From: an uncultured Dongia sp.
GTDB lineage: Bacteria > Pseudomonadota > Alphaproteobacteria > Dongiales > Dongiaceae
Direction: 5' to 3'
Assembly (NCBI GenBank): GCA_964618305.1
Contig: CAZUAL010000002.1
Coordinates: 1-41,810, forward strand
DNA length: 41,810 nt
The notes under the pieces are model-generated. The model made no database searches. It saw only the letters and a program-made list of their open reading frames with translations, and was not told the origin of the DNA. Below, piece after piece: positions 1-10,875 of the stretch (position 1 is the stretch's first letter; each line of letters opens with the position of its first letter). The position numbers were made by a program, and so were the translations under genes.

Positions 1-1000
1 TCACCTTTTCATAATGCTGCTTGGTGACGAGCGGGCCCATTTCGGCTTCCGGGTCCGTACCCGGCGCCACCTTCATGCCGCGCACGCGCGGGGCCAGCTT
101 CTCGATTAGTGTGTCGCCCACCTTGTCGCCGACCGCGACGGCGACCGAGATCGCCATGCAGCGCTCGCCGGCCGAACCGTAGCCTGCACCCATGAGGGCG
201 TCGGTTGCCTGGTCCATGTCGGCATCCGGCATGATGATCATGTGGTTCTTGGCACCACCCAGGGCCTGGACGCGCTTACCGTGCGCCGTGCCCGTGGTGT
301 AGATGTATTCGGCGATCGGCGTGGAGCCGACGAAGCTGATGGCTTCGATGCCCGGATGGGTGAGAAGCGCGTCGACCGCGACCTTGTCGCCGTGGATGAC
401 GTTGAAGACACCATCGGGAAGCCCCGCCTTCTTCAGGAGGTCGGCAACCATCAGCGAAACCGACGGATCGCGCTCGGAGGGCTTCAGGATGAAGCAATTG
501 CCAGCGACGAGGGCGGTCGGGAACATCCACATCGGCACCATGGCCGGGAAATTGAACGGCGTGATGCCGGCGACGACGCCCAAGGGCTGGCGTACGGACC
601 AGCTGTCAACGTTAGTGCCGACATTTTCGCAGAACTCGCCTTTGAGGAGCTGCGGCGCGCCGCAGGCGAATTCGATGACTTCGAGGCCGCGGGTGAATTC
701 GCCGCGCGCGTCGGAGAGGACCTTGCCATGCTCAGCCGTGATCATGGCGACGATCTTCTCGGCATTATCCTCGGCGAGCTGCTTGAACTTGAACATGATG
801 CGGGCGCGGGTGAGCGGCGGCGTGTTGGCCCAGCCGGGGAAGGCGGCCTGCGCATTCTTCACCGCGGCGTCGACTTCCTGGGTGGTCGCCAGATGCACCT
901 TTGCCTGGACCTCGCCGGTCGCCGGATTGAACACATCGGCGGTGCGGCCGGATGTTCCCGCCACTTCCTTGCCGCCGACGAAATGATTGATGGTCCGCAT
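1..1000 (-). CDS. mmsA: CoA-acylating methylmalonate-semialdehyde dehydrogenase, 3' part outside the window
   Basis: Manual translation from ATG at 1000: [35 protein letters not shown]...[20 protein letters not shown]...[13 protein letters not shown] (catalytic Cys motif of MMSDH). Absent from the ORF track because it runs off the left edge. Confidence 0.93.
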   Translation of the reverse strand, partial: MRTINHFVGGKEVAGTSGRTADVFNPATGEVQAKVHLATTQEVDAAVKNAQAAFPGWANTPPLTRARIMFKFKQLAEDNAEKIVAMITAEHGKVLSDARGEFTRGLEVIEFACGAPQLLKGEFCENVGTNVDSWSVRQPLGVVAGITPFNFPAMVPMWMFPTALVAGNCFILKPSERDPSVSLMVADLLKKAGLPDGVFNVIHGDKVAVDALLTHPGIEAISFVGSTPIAEYIYTTGTAHGKRVQALGGAKNHMIIMPDADMDQATDALMGAGYGSAGERCMAISVAVAVGDKVGDTLIEKLAPRVRGMKVAPGTDPEAEMGPLVTKQHYEKV

Positions 1001-1152
1001 TGCCGCTTTCTCCCGATCAGCCAGAACCCGTTAAGAAGGTTGCCCGATATAAGGCTTGGGAGGTGTCTTGGTCAAGATTTTAATCAAGGCGATAAATATA
1101 TTGATCATTCGGAAAGCGATTGATCAGTGGTTTTGTATAGGGATGGCCTTGT

Positions 1153-2163
1153 TCAACCGAGGCGAATGAGTGCCAGGTCCCGGCTGCTCAGGATAACCGC
1201 CTGTGCAGCAAATGCCTTCAACAGTGAATTGAAAGCGGGTTGATCCTTGGCCGCCATGGCGCCGATGGTCGACAGCCCGTCCGCCAGTGCCGCCGACTGG
1301 GCCCGGACCGTGACACTCATCGCCGGATCGGCGCATTGTCCGCTTCTGGCGTCGACAATGTGGTTGAAGAGTCCGTCACGGTCAAAGCACAGCCCCGCGC
1401 CGGCCGAAGTTGCCATGGCGCCCGATTCAAGCGGTTCCGAGATGCGCTGTTCCCCGTGCTTTCCGGGTTCGGATAGACCGATTTGCCACGGCGTCCCATC
1501 CGGCTTGGCGCCCAGAGCGTACAACTCACCGAGATTGACGAGGCAATGGGAGAAGCCGCGCTTCTTCAATAGAGCCGCCACCCGGTCGCTGATATATCCT
1601 TGGGCAATGCCGTTGAGGGTCAGCTGCATGCCCGGTTTGGCAAAGGCAATCCGAGCCGGTGACAATTCAATGTCGCGCCAATCAACGAGGTGCCGCACCG
1701 CCGCGATCTGAACTTCGGTGGGGCCGGTCGGCAAAGGATCGGCTTGAGCGAAATGGTCGGCAAGGAGCCGCCACAACGGTTGGATGCTGGGGTCGAAACA
1801 CCCGCCCGAGCGATCGCTCAGCGAGAGTGCCAATGACAGGAGCTCAACGAGTTCGCTCGGTGGCGAATCCAGCCTGCCGGTCGCATTCAGGCGGCTGATC
1901 GTCGATTCCGGCCGATGCAGGCTGAAAATGCCTTCCAGCCGACTGATTTCGGACAGCGACGCGTCGATCGCCTCCATCGCCTTGGCCCGCGTCTCGGCAT
2001 AGAGCGTCAGGTCGGCGACGGCGCCCAGCGCCAATCCTTGCCAACGATAAGATGCCGGCAGCTCCGAAGCGCTTACCTTGCCAAAGGGCAACGCGGCGCC
2101 TGCCGCCACGATCGACAACATGCGGCGGCGTGTGAAAGAGAGACGAGGGTGGAGGTTTGGCAT
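1153..2163 (-). CDS. nosX: FAD:protein FMN transferase (ApbE family), NosX
   Basis: Tat-type signal (TRRRML), ApbE motifs FDPSIQPLW, LTLNGIAQGYISD, ATSAG and ADGLST; last gene of the nos cluster. Confidence 0.92.
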   Translation of the reverse strand: MPNLHPRLSFTRRRMLSIVAAGAALPFGKVSASELPASYRWQGLALGAVADLTLYAETRAKAMEAIDASLSEISRLEGIFSLHRPESTISRLNATGRLDSPPSELVELLSLALSLSDRSGGCFDPSIQPLWRLLADHFAQADPLPTGPTEVQIAAVRHLVDWRDIELSPARIAFAKPGMQLTLNGIAQGYISDRVAALLKKRGFSHCLVNLGELYALGAKPDGTPWQIGLSEPGKHGEQRISEPLESGAMATSAGAGLCFDRDGLFNHIVDARSGQCADPAMSVTVRAQSAALADGLSTIGAMAAKDQPAFNSLLKAFAAQAVILSSRDLALIRLG

Positions 2164-2173
2164 GCGAATGTCC

Positions 2174-2680
2174 TCAGCTACCGGCCTGGTCGGTGCTCAT
2201 GGCTTTCTTTGTGGCCTCGAAATCGAGAACTTCGCCGCCATATTGAACGGCGAATTGTGCGGCAGCTTCCTGTTTGGCAAAGGGGACGGCTTCCTTCTCG
2301 CCCATGCTGCCCATCTTGCTGCTGCCGACGACGTAGAAAGCCTTCTCCGCCTCGATCCAGGCCCCGGGCGCCGGCTTTTCCCAACTGCCTTGCCCCATAT
2401 CATTGACGTATACCGCGAGGAGGTCCCGTGGCTGGGCAAGCTCGGTCGAGAGGAACATGAAAGTCTCGCCTGGCGACGCAAACCAGACTGGCGCCTTCTG
2501 GCCACGCAGAAACAATTGGCCTTTGGGCCCTTCATGCTCGGTAAGGGACATATGGCAGAAATAGGCGATCGAGGTGGCATCCGGCTCCAGAGGCACGGGC
2601 AGCGCTGCCTCTTCGTCGGGCGAGCAGGCAGCGACGGACAGCATCAGCAGGGCGATTCCGGGAATGAAGAAGCGCTTCAT
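2174..2680 (-). CDS. nosL: Copper chaperone lipoprotein NosL
   Basis: Lipobox LSVAAC; CHMSLTEHEGPKGQ, YVNDMG and GSMG..EAVPF motifs; synteny with nosY. Confidence 0.95.
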   Translation of the reverse strand: MKRFFIPGIALLMLSVAACSPDEEAALPVPLEPDATSIAYFCHMSLTEHEGPKGQLFLRGQKAPVWFASPGETFMFLSTELAQPRDLLAVYVNDMGQGSWEKPAPGAWIEAEKAFYVVGSSKMGSMGEKEAVPFAKQEAAAQFAVQYGGEVLDFEATKKAMSTDQAGS

Positions 2681-3501
2681 GATTCACTCCTGACAAAACG
2701 TCGACCAGCCAGCAGCAGCGGCACGACGATCCAGGCCAACAAGGCGGCCACCAAGGTTGACGGGGCAAACTGGGCCTGCTCGCTCAGGCCGGCCATCCCT
2801 GAGAAGCTGCGGATGTTATCGAAGGCCGTAAGGTTGAGCAGGCGATAGATGTCGGCCGGATTGGCTAACAGCAGATAGGGAAAAATCCTGTCATCGATCC
2901 AGCCTTTGGAACCGATCAGGAGCCCCATGAGCGCAAGATCGAAAATGACGACCATGGCAAACCAGATGCCGATCGCGATGCCGGCGGCCGTGCTCTGCTC
3001 GCGTACCGATGCACTTACCCAATAGGCCAAGGCCAGGAACGAGCAGCCGAGCAGGATTGAACTCACGATCAGATTGGCAAAGGCCGCCCACGATTGCGCA
3101 TCGGCATGTCCACCGAACGCGGCGGCGATACCGGCGGCGCCGTAGCCGACCATCGTGGCGACGGCGAGAATTCCCGTGTGGCCCATGAACTTCCCAAGGA
3201 GGATCTGCGGCTTGGTCACCGGATAGGTCAGCAGCAACAGCATGCAGCCACGCTCCACTTCGCCGACGATTGCGTCATAGGAGATGAGCAGGGCGATGAG
3301 CGGCATCAGAAAGATGGTGAGGCTGGACAGGCTGACGACGACGACGGCCAGCGGCTTGACGTCCAATTGGCCGCTTGGCGCACTGCCCAGGAAGGCCAGC
3401 GCGAAACCGAGGCCGGCTAGGAGCAGCGTGGCGCCAAGGACCCAGCGATTGCGCAAGCCGTCGGTGATTTCCTTGCTGGCGATGATGCAGATTGCCTTCA
3501 T
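2677..3501 (-). CDS. nosY: ABC transporter permease NosY
   Basis: KEITDGLRNRW, YDAIVGEVERG and LLANPADIYR motifs; several TM segments; ATGA overlaps with both neighbours. Confidence 0.95.
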   Translation of the reverse strand: MKAICIIASKEITDGLRNRWVLGATLLLAGLGFALAFLGSAPSGQLDVKPLAVVVVSLSSLTIFLMPLIALLISYDAIVGEVERGCMLLLLTYPVTKPQILLGKFMGHTGILAVATMVGYGAAGIAAAFGGHADAQSWAAFANLIVSSILLGCSFLALAYWVSASVREQSTAAGIAIGIWFAMVVIFDLALMGLLIGSKGWIDDRIFPYLLLANPADIYRLLNLTAFDNIRSFSGMAGLSEQAQFAPSTLVAALLAWIVVPLLLAGRRFVRSES

Positions 3502-4472
3502 TCTGCGCCCTCTGCTTGGTCAGCCGGTTGCGGGCTGAAGTGATGGTAGATATCGTCGAGGCCCGGATGCTTGATATCGATATCCGTCACCGTGGCGCCT
3601 TGTCCCACGAGGCTCGCCAGAACCGCCATCTTCGCCTCAATGGGGCAAGCGAGGGTGACCAGATCATCGGTAATGGCCAAAGCGGAGAATTCGGCCATGG
3701 CGCCGGCCAGGCGCGCGGCCGATCCTGGGCAGGTCACCTGAAAGCGCACCGGCAGGTTGGCCCGGTGCCGCAGCATCTCCAGGGGGCCAAAGGCGACCAA
3801 GTGCCCGCCATTCATTATGGCGACCAGGTCGGTCTGGGCTTCGAGTTCGGTTAGGATATGCGAAGAGATGAGCACGGTTGCGCCTCGCTCCGAGAGTTCG
3901 CGGATGATCGCGAAGAACTCGCGTCTGGAATTGGGGTCGAGCCCGGTCGTCGGTTCGTCGAGCAGCAGCAGGCGCGGCACCCCGAGCAGGGCCTGCGCGA
4001 GCCCCAGGCGCTGCCGCATGCCTTTCGAATAGGTCTTCACGCGCCGCCCGGCCGCAAAGCTCAAGCCGACGCGGTCGAGCAGGGTGGCGCATGTCCTGCG
4101 GTCGACACCTTTGAGATCGGCGTAGAATCGCAGAGTCTGGGTGCCCGTCAATTCGTCGTGGAAAGCGACATTCTCCGGCAGGAAGCCGATCTGCCGGCGA
4201 TAATCGAGGCCGGCCACCGCCGGTTGCTCGCCGAGCACCGTCAGGTCCCCGCCGCTCGGGCGGATCAGTCCCAGAATGAGCTTCATCAACGTCGTCTTGC
4301 CGGCACCATTGTGGCCGATCAACGCGACCGTGCGGCCGGGTGCGACGGACAGGTCGATTCCGTCCACGGCGCGATGCGACGCGTATTGTTTCACCAGACC
4401 GACAGCATGAATGGCCGGTTGTTCTTCACCTTGGCTGCGGTCGATCGAGGTCGTGTTCTTCATAACGTTCAT
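3498..4472 (-). CDS. nosF: ABC transporter ATP-binding protein NosF
   Basis: Walker A GHNGAGKTT, signature YSKGMRQR, Walker B LLLLDEP. Start placed at 4472, where the ATG overlaps the nosD TGA, rather than at 4682 as in the ORF track. Confidence 0.93.
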   Translation of the reverse strand: MNVMKNTTSIDRSQGEEQPAIHAVGLVKQYASHRAVDGIDLSVAPGRTVALIGHNGAGKTTLMKLILGLIRPSGGDLTVLGEQPAVAGLDYRRQIGFLPENVAFHDELTGTQTLRFYADLKGVDRRTCATLLDRVGLSFAAGRRVKTYSKGMRQRLGLAQALLGVPRLLLLDEPTTGLDPNSRREFFAIIRELSERGATVLISSHILTELEAQTDLVAIMNGGHLVAFGPLEMLRHRANLPVRFQVTCPGSAARLAGAMAEFSALAITDDLVTLACPIEAKMAVLASLVGQGATVTDIDIKHPGLDDIYHHFSPQPADQAEGAE

Positions 4473-5779
4473 GATGCCGGGTCCGCGTTGCCTTCCTCCC
4501 ACTTGACCTCGCCCGGAACATCCGGAAGGTCGCGCGGCGATGGCGGCGCGGTCATGAGAGGATGTGAATCGACGACGCCGCCGGGATAGAGGGCCGGAAA
4601 TTGACTCTGCCCCGCACGCAGGATTTCCATCGCCGGACTCGACATCAAGAGTTTCGACAATGGGTAACGCCACATGACCCAATCGACGACATCGTTTGGC
4701 CGATAGGCGGTGTCCGCCATGCCGTCACCATCCAGGTCAAAGGCTGGATTGTCACTCCAGTAATTGCCGCGCCCGTCTATCGACCATTCGTGAGACTTCG
4801 TTCCGGCGTAATGCATCTGAACCCGGTTGCCGACAAAGGAATTGCCGCCAATGAGATTTTCATCGGATCCCGTCACGTGAACGCCGATTCCGCATCCCTC
4901 GAAGCGATTGCCGATCAGCTTGTTCTGCAAAGCAAGGTAGAAGAAGAGACACTTGTCGGCTGTGCCAGAGATGACATTGTCCTGAATGTCCCCCTTGCGC
5001 GCGGAATTGAGCATCAGCCCGTAATCCCGATCCTTGACGCTGACATTGCCGTGAACTTGCAGCTGATCCGAATACATCAGCGCGTATCCGATGTGATTGC
5101 CGACGGAAATATTCTCGGTCACTGAGCCGCGCTTCGAATACATATAGTGGACGGCAAAGCGTAAATGGCTGAACCGGTTACCGACAATTGTATTGTCACT
5201 GCCGAGCTGGACGAAGATTCCGTCCCGTCCGCCGGTGACGACATTGTTCTCAATGCGTGAACCGACATTGTTCCACATGTGAACGCCGTTGCCGCGGTTG
5301 TTGAGCCACAGATCGTTGCGATTTGAGATGACGTTGTTCCGGACAATCGCGCGCTTGGGTCCGTGCAGGCTCACGCCGAACTGATTGCCTTCGAGACGGT
5401 TGTTTTCGATCAACGGGTCGTCGGCATTTTGCGCGACATAGATACCGCCGTCGATGTTGGTGCTGTTCGTGCCGGATCCGGTGATGAAAAGACCGCGCAC
5501 GGTAACACCGACAGCCTCGATCCTAATGACGCTGCCTTCACCATTGCCGATGACCTCGGCGCCGGTTTCGCCAATTATGGAGAGTTTCTTGTCGATAAGG
5601 ATTGGTCCCTGGTGCCGTCCCGGCAGCAGATCCAGAACGTCGCCAGGTGACGCGGCGGCAACAGCCTCGATGAGGTTGTTGCCGCCGGCCGCCACATTGA
5701 TGGTCCTGGCCCACGCGCCGGCCGGCATGATCGCAACAGCGATCATGATTGCCACAAGAATGGCGTCCGGTTGGCGCAT
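4469..5779 (-). CDS. nosD: Nitrous oxide reductase maturation protein NosD
   Basis: Signal peptide, beta-helix repeats, LRFAVHYMYS, GNYWSDNPAFDLDGDGMAD and PGGVVDSHPLM motifs. Confidence 0.96.
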   Translation of the reverse strand: MRQPDAILVAIMIAVAIMPAGAWARTINVAAGGNNLIEAVAAASPGDVLDLLPGRHQGPILIDKKLSIIGETGAEVIGNGEGSVIRIEAVGVTVRGLFITGSGTNSTNIDGGIYVAQNADDPLIENNRLEGNQFGVSLHGPKRAIVRNNVISNRNDLWLNNRGNGVHMWNNVGSRIENNVVTGGRDGIFVQLGSDNTIVGNRFSHLRFAVHYMYSKRGSVTENISVGNHIGYALMYSDQLQVHGNVSVKDRDYGLMLNSARKGDIQDNVISGTADKCLFFYLALQNKLIGNRFEGCGIGVHVTGSDENLIGGNSFVGNRVQMHYAGTKSHEWSIDGRGNYWSDNPAFDLDGDGMADTAYRPNDVVDWVMWRYPLSKLLMSSPAMEILRAGQSQFPALYPGGVVDSHPLMTAPPSPRDLPDVPGEVKWEEGNADPAS

Positions 5780-5785
5780 GGCGAC

Positions 5786-7720
5786 TTAGGCTTCCACCAG
5801 CATCTGCCCTGACATCTCCATATGGAGCGCATGGCAGAACCACTGGCAGTAATAGTAGAAGACGCCGGGCTTGTCGGCGACGAAGGTCACCGACGACGTC
5901 GCCTGCGGACCAACTTCCATCGCCACGCCGTAATCGACCATGGTGAAGCCATGGGTCAGATCGACGACATCGTCGATGTTGGTCTGGATGATGGTCACTT
6001 CCTCACCCAGCTTCACCTTGAAGCTGGTGATGCCGAAAGCCGGCGCAGCCGAGGTCATGTAGACGCGGACCTTGTTGCCGTCGTGGACGATCTTGTTGTC
6101 CTCTTCCAGCTTGATACCGTCCTTCTTGGCCATCTGCCGGGCGTCTTCCCACATCGGGTCGTCGCGCTTCCAGATCTCCAGCGGAGCGATCATGTTCGCC
6201 TTCATGATCGTGGCGTCATGCGGTTCCGGGAAGTTGGAGCCGTCATGGACCAGTTTCATCTCATCGCCTGAGATGTCGACAAGCTGGTCGTTCTCCGGCT
6301 TCAGCGGCCCCACGTTTATGAAGCGATCCTTGGAGAATTTGCACAAGGCGACCAGCCACTTGCCGTCTGCATCCTTGGTTTCGCTCATGGACGCATTGAC
6401 GTGGCCGACCTGGTAGTTCACGTCGAGCTTCTGCTTGATCGGGTTGATCTTCTCGCCTTTGAACTGCCGGATCGCTTCATCGATGTTCCACTTCACGATC
6501 TGTGAATCGAGGAACAGCGAAGTGTAGGCGTTGCCGCGGCCGTCGAACGAGGTGTGAAGTGGCCCAAGCCCCAATTCGACGTTGGCGACGATTGCCGATG
6601 TCGGCTCCGCCTTGCCGGCAAAGATGTCGTCGAGCTTATCCCATTCGATGACGGTTGTGGTCGGCGACAATTTGCCGTTGATCACGACATATTTCCCGTC
6701 CGGCGTGGCGTTGCAGCCGTGTGGGGAATTGGCGATGGGAATGTAGAGGGTATAGGCCGACTTGGCCTGCTTGGTGCCGTCGAGCACCGGCACGTCGTTG
6801 ATCATCTCCGCCTTGCCGGCGGCGACGGCTTCTTCAATCGCCTTGATGTTGAAGAAGACGGCGTGGTCGGTTTCAGACGAGGTCATTTCCTCGACGGTGA
6901 CACCTTCTTCGGAATTGTAGCAGGTCGAGGCCGCATACTTCCCTTTGTAGTCGGCATCATTGTTGTCGAGATTGCCGCTCACGATAACCTGCCAGGCGAC
7001 CTTCATCGTATCGCCATCGACGGCGGAGAAGACGGACCGCCATTTCTTGACGTCTTCAAGATCGCGCCCGTCATTGATAAGCGGCACCCGGTTTTCACCG
7101 TTGCAGAAGACGTACCCGGTCTTGGGATAGCGCTGGACGCGCAGGCCGTGGATCGAGTGCGCATTGGGGATCTCGATGATCTTGTCGACCTTCATCACGT
7201 CGAGGCGGATACGCGCCAGACGGGTATTCGCCTTGTCGTTGATGAAGACATAGCGGCCGTCATAGGAACCGTCGGTGACGGAGGGACGGGGATGGTGGCA
7301 GTCGCCGTTCTCGTATGTCTTCATGCCGCGCTTGGCCAGCCATTCCTTGGTCTTGGGCAGCAGGCCTTCGGTCAAGATCTTCAGGCTTTCGTTGGTCTGG
7401 CCCCATCCAGTCGCGCTGCAGCGATTGAAGACGGGGATGCGGGTGAGTTCGCGCATTGATGGAACGCCTAGAATGCGAACTTCACCTGATTGTCCGCTGC
7501 TCCAGAAGCCGACATAATCATCAAGCTTGCCCGGCGGCACGCTGACTTCGCTCGTTTCGGCGGCTTCGGCGGCCTTTGGAGTCGCGGTGACGGCCGCTGC
7601 TCCGACGACCGCACCGCCGGCGCCGGCAACGGCCAGCGACGACAAGGCGACGCCACCGCCCAACAGATCGCGGCGACTGACATTGGCGAGTTCAGTGACT
7701 TCTTCAGATTTTTTAGTCAT
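5786..7720 (-). CDS. nosZ: Tat-dependent (clade I) nitrous-oxide reductase
   Basis: Start MTKKSEE after a GGAGGAG RBS; Tat motif SRRDLL; CuZ His motifs DCHH, IHG, SPHG, GPLH, VGH and EPHD; CuA motif HGF...[12 protein letters not shown]; no C-terminal heme extension. Confidence 0.98.
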   Translation of the reverse strand: MTKKSEEVTELANVSRRDLLGGGVALSSLAVAGAGGAVVGAAAVTATPKAAEAAETSEVSVPPGKLDDYVGFWSSGQSGEVRILGVPSMRELTRIPVFNRCSATGWGQTNESLKILTEGLLPKTKEWLAKRGMKTYENGDCHHPRPSVTDGSYDGRYVFINDKANTRLARIRLDVMKVDKIIEIPNAHSIHGLRVQRYPKTGYVFCNGENRVPLINDGRDLEDVKKWRSVFSAVDGDTMKVAWQVIVSGNLDNNDADYKGKYAASTCYNSEEGVTVEEMTSSETDHAVFFNIKAIEEAVAAGKAEMINDVPVLDGTKQAKSAYTLYIPIANSPHGCNATPDGKYVVINGKLSPTTTVIEWDKLDDIFAGKAEPTSAIVANVELGLGPLHTSFDGRGNAYTSLFLDSQIVKWNIDEAIRQFKGEKINPIKQKLDVNYQVGHVNASMSETKDADGKWLVALCKFSKDRFINVGPLKPENDQLVDISGDEMKLVHDGSNFPEPHDATIMKANMIAPLEIWKRDDPMWEDARQMAKKDGIKLEEDNKIVHDGNKVRVYMTSAAPAFGITSFKVKLGEEVTIIQTNIDDVVDLTHGFTMVDYGVAMEVGPQATSSVTFVADKPGVFYYYCQWFCHALHMEMSGQMLVEA

Positions 7721-7734
7721 GGTACTCCTCCTTC

Positions 7735-9915
7735 TCAAACGGATGGATTTTCGACGGAGATTGATGCGACGGGCGCCGTTGCAGCCGCAGGTGCCGGGCG
7801 TGGTGCCGGCTTCTTGCCGCGGCCGGTCTTCTTCAACAACAGCGGTGGACAGGTTGAATCGTCCCAATAGATGACCTGGCATTGCATGCAGTAGACACAT
7901 TCATTGGGATTGATGTGGCCCAACGGATGGATGGCTTGGACGGGGCAGCGTTTGGCGCAAAGCTGGCATTCGAAACCGCATTGCTTGCGCCGTTTCAGCC
8001 ATTCGAAGAGACGCATGCGGCCAGGGATCGCGAGTGCCGCGCCAAGCGGGCAGAGATAGCGGCAGAAAAAGCGCTCGATGAAGAGGCCGGCAACGAGCAG
8101 CCCGACCGCCCAAATGACGAACGGCCATTCACGGACGAAGCGAAGCAGGACAACGGTCTTGAAAGGCTCGACTTCCGCGAATTGCTCGGCAAGGGCGAAT
8201 TCATTGAGGCTCAGGCCGAAGAGCCCGAGAAAGATGATGTACTTGATGGGCCACAGACGTTCATGCCAGTGGAATGGAATAACGATCTGCCGCACACCGA
8301 CCCGGCGGGCGATCTGATTGAGCAGTTCCTGAAGGGAGCCGAAGGGGCAAAGCCAGCCGCAAAAGGGGCCCCGCCCCCAGAAAAGGAGCGAGACGGCGGT
8401 TGCACACCATAGAATGAAGATGAGCGGTTCCAGGAGGAACTGCTCCCATCGGAAGCCACCGCTGAAGAGCGCTCCGGTGAAAGTCAGCGCGTTGACGACC
8501 GAGAGCTGCGCTTGCGCCCAGCCGCCAATCCAGACGACGGAAAAGACGAGATAGCCAATCCTGAGCGACGTAAACAGGCGCCCCTTCTTCACCAGCACGT
8601 CCTGGAAGAAGAAGATCATCGTCAGCAATGCGAGCGACAGGGACAGGATGATGATGTCGACGATCCTGCTGCGCCATATCTGCTTCCAGAGATTGCTGGC
8701 CGGGGCTGCTTCCGCAGGCTGCGGTTCGGCCGTGGCCCCTGCCGCCGCCGGTGTCGGCAGCGCCTCGACATGGATGAACCGGTCGGGAAGGTGGTAGCTC
8801 AGCGGGAAACTGGTAAAGGCCTTCTGCGTCGGCCCGGTCGGGCGCTGTGCCAGCAGGTTGATCTGCCAATCGGCCGTCGGGTCGAAGGTCAGTCCTTCCG
8901 GAATTCGGAAGAGGCCGACTTCCTTGAAAGCGGGAATGCCATCCGGCAAGTCGCCCATGCGACGGTAATCATGGTCCTTGAAGAGGATGGAGGTCTGGTC
9001 CTGCTGCAGTTGGAAGCGGTCGAAGATGCCGCCTCGGACGAACCCCGAACCACGGAAGGAATAGTCGCCATTGGCGGCGATCAGAATGGCCTGCTGGCCC
9101 GGCTTCAGCCATTTCTGCAGGCGCTGGAATTCGGCATCGCCCAGCAGATTGCGGCCGATTCCCTCGACAGAGACCAAGGCGATATAGAGGTCGACGAATT
9201 GCTCGGTCGGCACGCCAGCCCGCGCATATGGTTCCGGGCTGCCGACACCGATCTTGGTAAAGGCTGCATCGACATCGCTGTTCAGAAGATGCATCCGCCG
9301 CACCGAACCGTCGCCCAGCATGGTCTGCCAATCGGCCTTGGCGAACTGAATGTTGCTGAGTTCCCGTTTCCTTGTGTCGGTCGCCGCGGCGTCGAAACCG
9401 GCCAGACCATGCGCTTTGGCGATCTGCAGTGCGGCGCGGCTGATACCGTCATTTATGACGATGGCGGTGACGGTGGCGCCGCTGATGGCGTCTACCGACT
9501 TGGCCTCGCCGTCGACCTTGGCGACGACATTGCGGCCAACATAGGCATCGACGAAGGCAGTGAGTTTCTCGGGCGGAATGCCGACAAGCAATATCGGCTC
9601 GTGATGCTCGACGACTTTGGCGCCCCGGATGACGCCAGTCTTGTCCATGCCGACCAGCAGTTTGATCGGCTTGCCGGAATAGCCGATATCATTTGTCTCG
9701 AACACGTAGCCCAGTATTTCCTCACCCTTGAACGCGGCCATGGCCGGCGGGTTGCCTTCGCTTGGGCCAAAGCGATCGGCATCGGGAAAGACATCTTGTG
9801 GTTTGATATCGGCGGTATAGGCGCCGAAACCTTTGGCATGAGCGGCTGGCGCCGAAAATACGGGCGCGAGCAGCAGGCCGGCAAGGGTAAGGCAGCGGAG
9901 GATGCGGGTGATCAT
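7735..9915 (-). CDS. nosR: NosR flavin/Fe-S membrane protein
   Basis: FMN-binding [17 protein letters not shown] and CRYLCPLG motifs, C-terminal ferredoxin-like Cys clusters ([16 protein letters not shown]). Start at 9915 (MITRILR..., signal peptide) overlaps the upstream stop. Confidence 0.96.
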   Translation of the reverse strand: MITRILRCLTLAGLLLAPVFSAPAAHAKGFGAYTADIKPQDVFPDADRFGPSEGNPPAMAAFKGEEILGYVFETNDIGYSGKPIKLLVGMDKTGVIRGAKVVEHHEPILLVGIPPEKLTAFVDAYVGRNVVAKVDGEAKSVDAISGATVTAIVINDGISRAALQIAKAHGLAGFDAAATDTRKRELSNIQFAKADWQTMLGDGSVRRMHLLNSDVDAAFTKIGVGSPEPYARAGVPTEQFVDLYIALVSVEGIGRNLLGDAEFQRLQKWLKPGQQAILIAANGDYSFRGSGFVRGGIFDRFQLQQDQTSILFKDHDYRRMGDLPDGIPAFKEVGLFRIPEGLTFDPTADWQINLLAQRPTGPTQKAFTSFPLSYHLPDRFIHVEALPTPAAAGATAEPQPAEAAPASNLWKQIWRSRIVDIIILSLSLALLTMIFFFQDVLVKKGRLFTSLRIGYLVFSVVWIGGWAQAQLSVVNALTFTGALFSGGFRWEQFLLEPLIFILWCATAVSLLFWGRGPFCGWLCPFGSLQELLNQIARRVGVRQIVIPFHWHERLWPIKYIIFLGLFGLSLNEFALAEQFAEVEPFKTVVLLRFVREWPFVIWAVGLLVAGLFIERFFCRYLCPLGAALAIPGRMRLFEWLKRRKQCGFECQLCAKRCPVQAIHPLGHINPNECVYCMQCQVIYWDDSTCPPLLLKKTGRGKKPAPRPAPAAATAPVASISVENPSV

Positions 9916-10352
9916 GCGCGGATACTCTGCAATGTCGATGGATAGGGTGGCGCTTGCGCATGCACCGAACTGGCGAATTGGCGCGGGACGGTCAGAACAG
10001 CCTTGCGCTGGTCGGCAATGTCGAGACCAGCGAGATTCCAGCGCGCGGCGAGCGCAAAGCTGCCGCCGGAGAGCATCGGACCCGTGCAGCAGCCGGTTGT
10101 GCATTGCGTCGTACAAGATGGGCAAGGTCTCGTCTTGTCCGGCCGCATTGGGGCTTTTTCCGCCGGCATCAGGCCGGTATCAACCAGGCATCGGGACTGA
10201 GCGATGAGATCGTCGAAAGCACGCGCCTTGGCGATATGTACGCCACCCAGATTGGACGCGAGAAAACCGAACACCAGCAGCGGGGCAAGCAATGCGCCGA
10301 TCACTTGGCGCGTCTGCCTCAGGGTTGCGAGTATGCGGTGCGTGCCGATCAT
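9912..10352 (-). CDS. DUF2946-like Cys-rich exported protein, possible copper-sensing leader ORF
   Basis: N-terminal hydrophobic segment, CPSCTTQCTTGCC cluster and C-terminal HAQAPP (RAPP-like); stop overlaps the nosR ATG. Family assignment is by motif architecture only. Confidence 0.7.
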   Translation of the reverse strand: MIGTHRILATLRQTRQVIGALLAPLLVFGFLASNLGGVHIAKARAFDDLIAQSRCLVDTGLMPAEKAPMRPDKTRPCPSCTTQCTTGCCTGPMLSGGSFALAARWNLAGLDIADQRKAVLTVPRQFASSVHAQAPPYPSTLQSIRA

Positions 10353-10377
10353 CTGACGCGGTCTCCGCGATCCTTTG

Positions 10378-10800
10378 CTACTTGCAGGCAGCCATGGTTT
10401 TCAGGCCGTCGATCGCGGCCTTGCGCTTGGCCTCGTCCTTCATCTGGAACATCATGGCGTTCTTCAGGGGCTCGCCATTGACTTCAGCGAGAAATGCCTT
10501 GGGGTCGGCCAGATACTTCAGAAGGTTCTCGTCGCTCCAAATGAGCCCTTTGCTCTGCGCTCCCTTGAGTGCCGGCGAATAGCCCTTGAAATCGGCAGCA
10601 TGCAGCGCCGCTTGCCCCGGTATGCCGTGCAGGTTCGGTCCCGTTGCGCGCGACGGCTTGCCCGGCTCGAGCGCATGGCAGGTCTTGCATTGGTTGAGGC
10701 TGGGCGGCACGGGGCAGTCGGCATGGCTGGCCGCAACGCCCACTGCAAGTGACGCAAACAACGAAAAGGCCGACAGACCAGCCCTTGAATACATCTTCAT
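10378..10800 (-). CDS. Periplasmic class I c-type cytochrome (c2/c550-like)
   Basis: Signal peptide, CKTCH heme motif, TGPNLHGI, YSPAL, LIWSDENLLKYLADPKAF and distal Met region (NAMMFQM). Start at 10800 after an AAAGAGGG RBS. Confidence 0.9.
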   Translation of the reverse strand: MKMYSRAGLSAFSLFASLAVGVAASHADCPVPPSLNQCKTCHALEPGKPSRATGPNLHGIPGQAALHAADFKGYSPALKGAQSKGLIWSDENLLKYLADPKAFLAEVNGEPLKNAMMFQMKDEAKRKAAIDGLKTMAACK

Positions 10801-10861
10801 GCCGACGCCCTCTTTAAAGATACATTTCAAGTGAAGCTTATTATGCTGGCTGCGAATGACT

Positions 10862-10875
10862 TTGATTTGGATCAA
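10862..10875. promoter_or_regulatory. FNR/FixK/DNR-type binding site
   Basis: Perfect TTGAT-TTGG-ATCAA, about 60 bp upstream of the cytochrome c start that heads the nos cluster. Confidence 0.9.

Noticed and set aside
242-1123. Long + strand ORFs (293 aa, 227 aa) in the ORF track
   Set aside because: Antisense shadows of mmsA, typical of GC-rich DNA. The same applies to long antisense ORFs over nosR, the amidase, the aminotransferase and phaC.
7721-10125. N-terminal extensions of nosZ (to 7900) and nosR (to 10125); likewise nosF, the SARP gene and the cupin gene
   Set aside because: The extensions overlap neighbouring genes. RBS positions, signal peptides and ATGA overlaps support the shorter starts.
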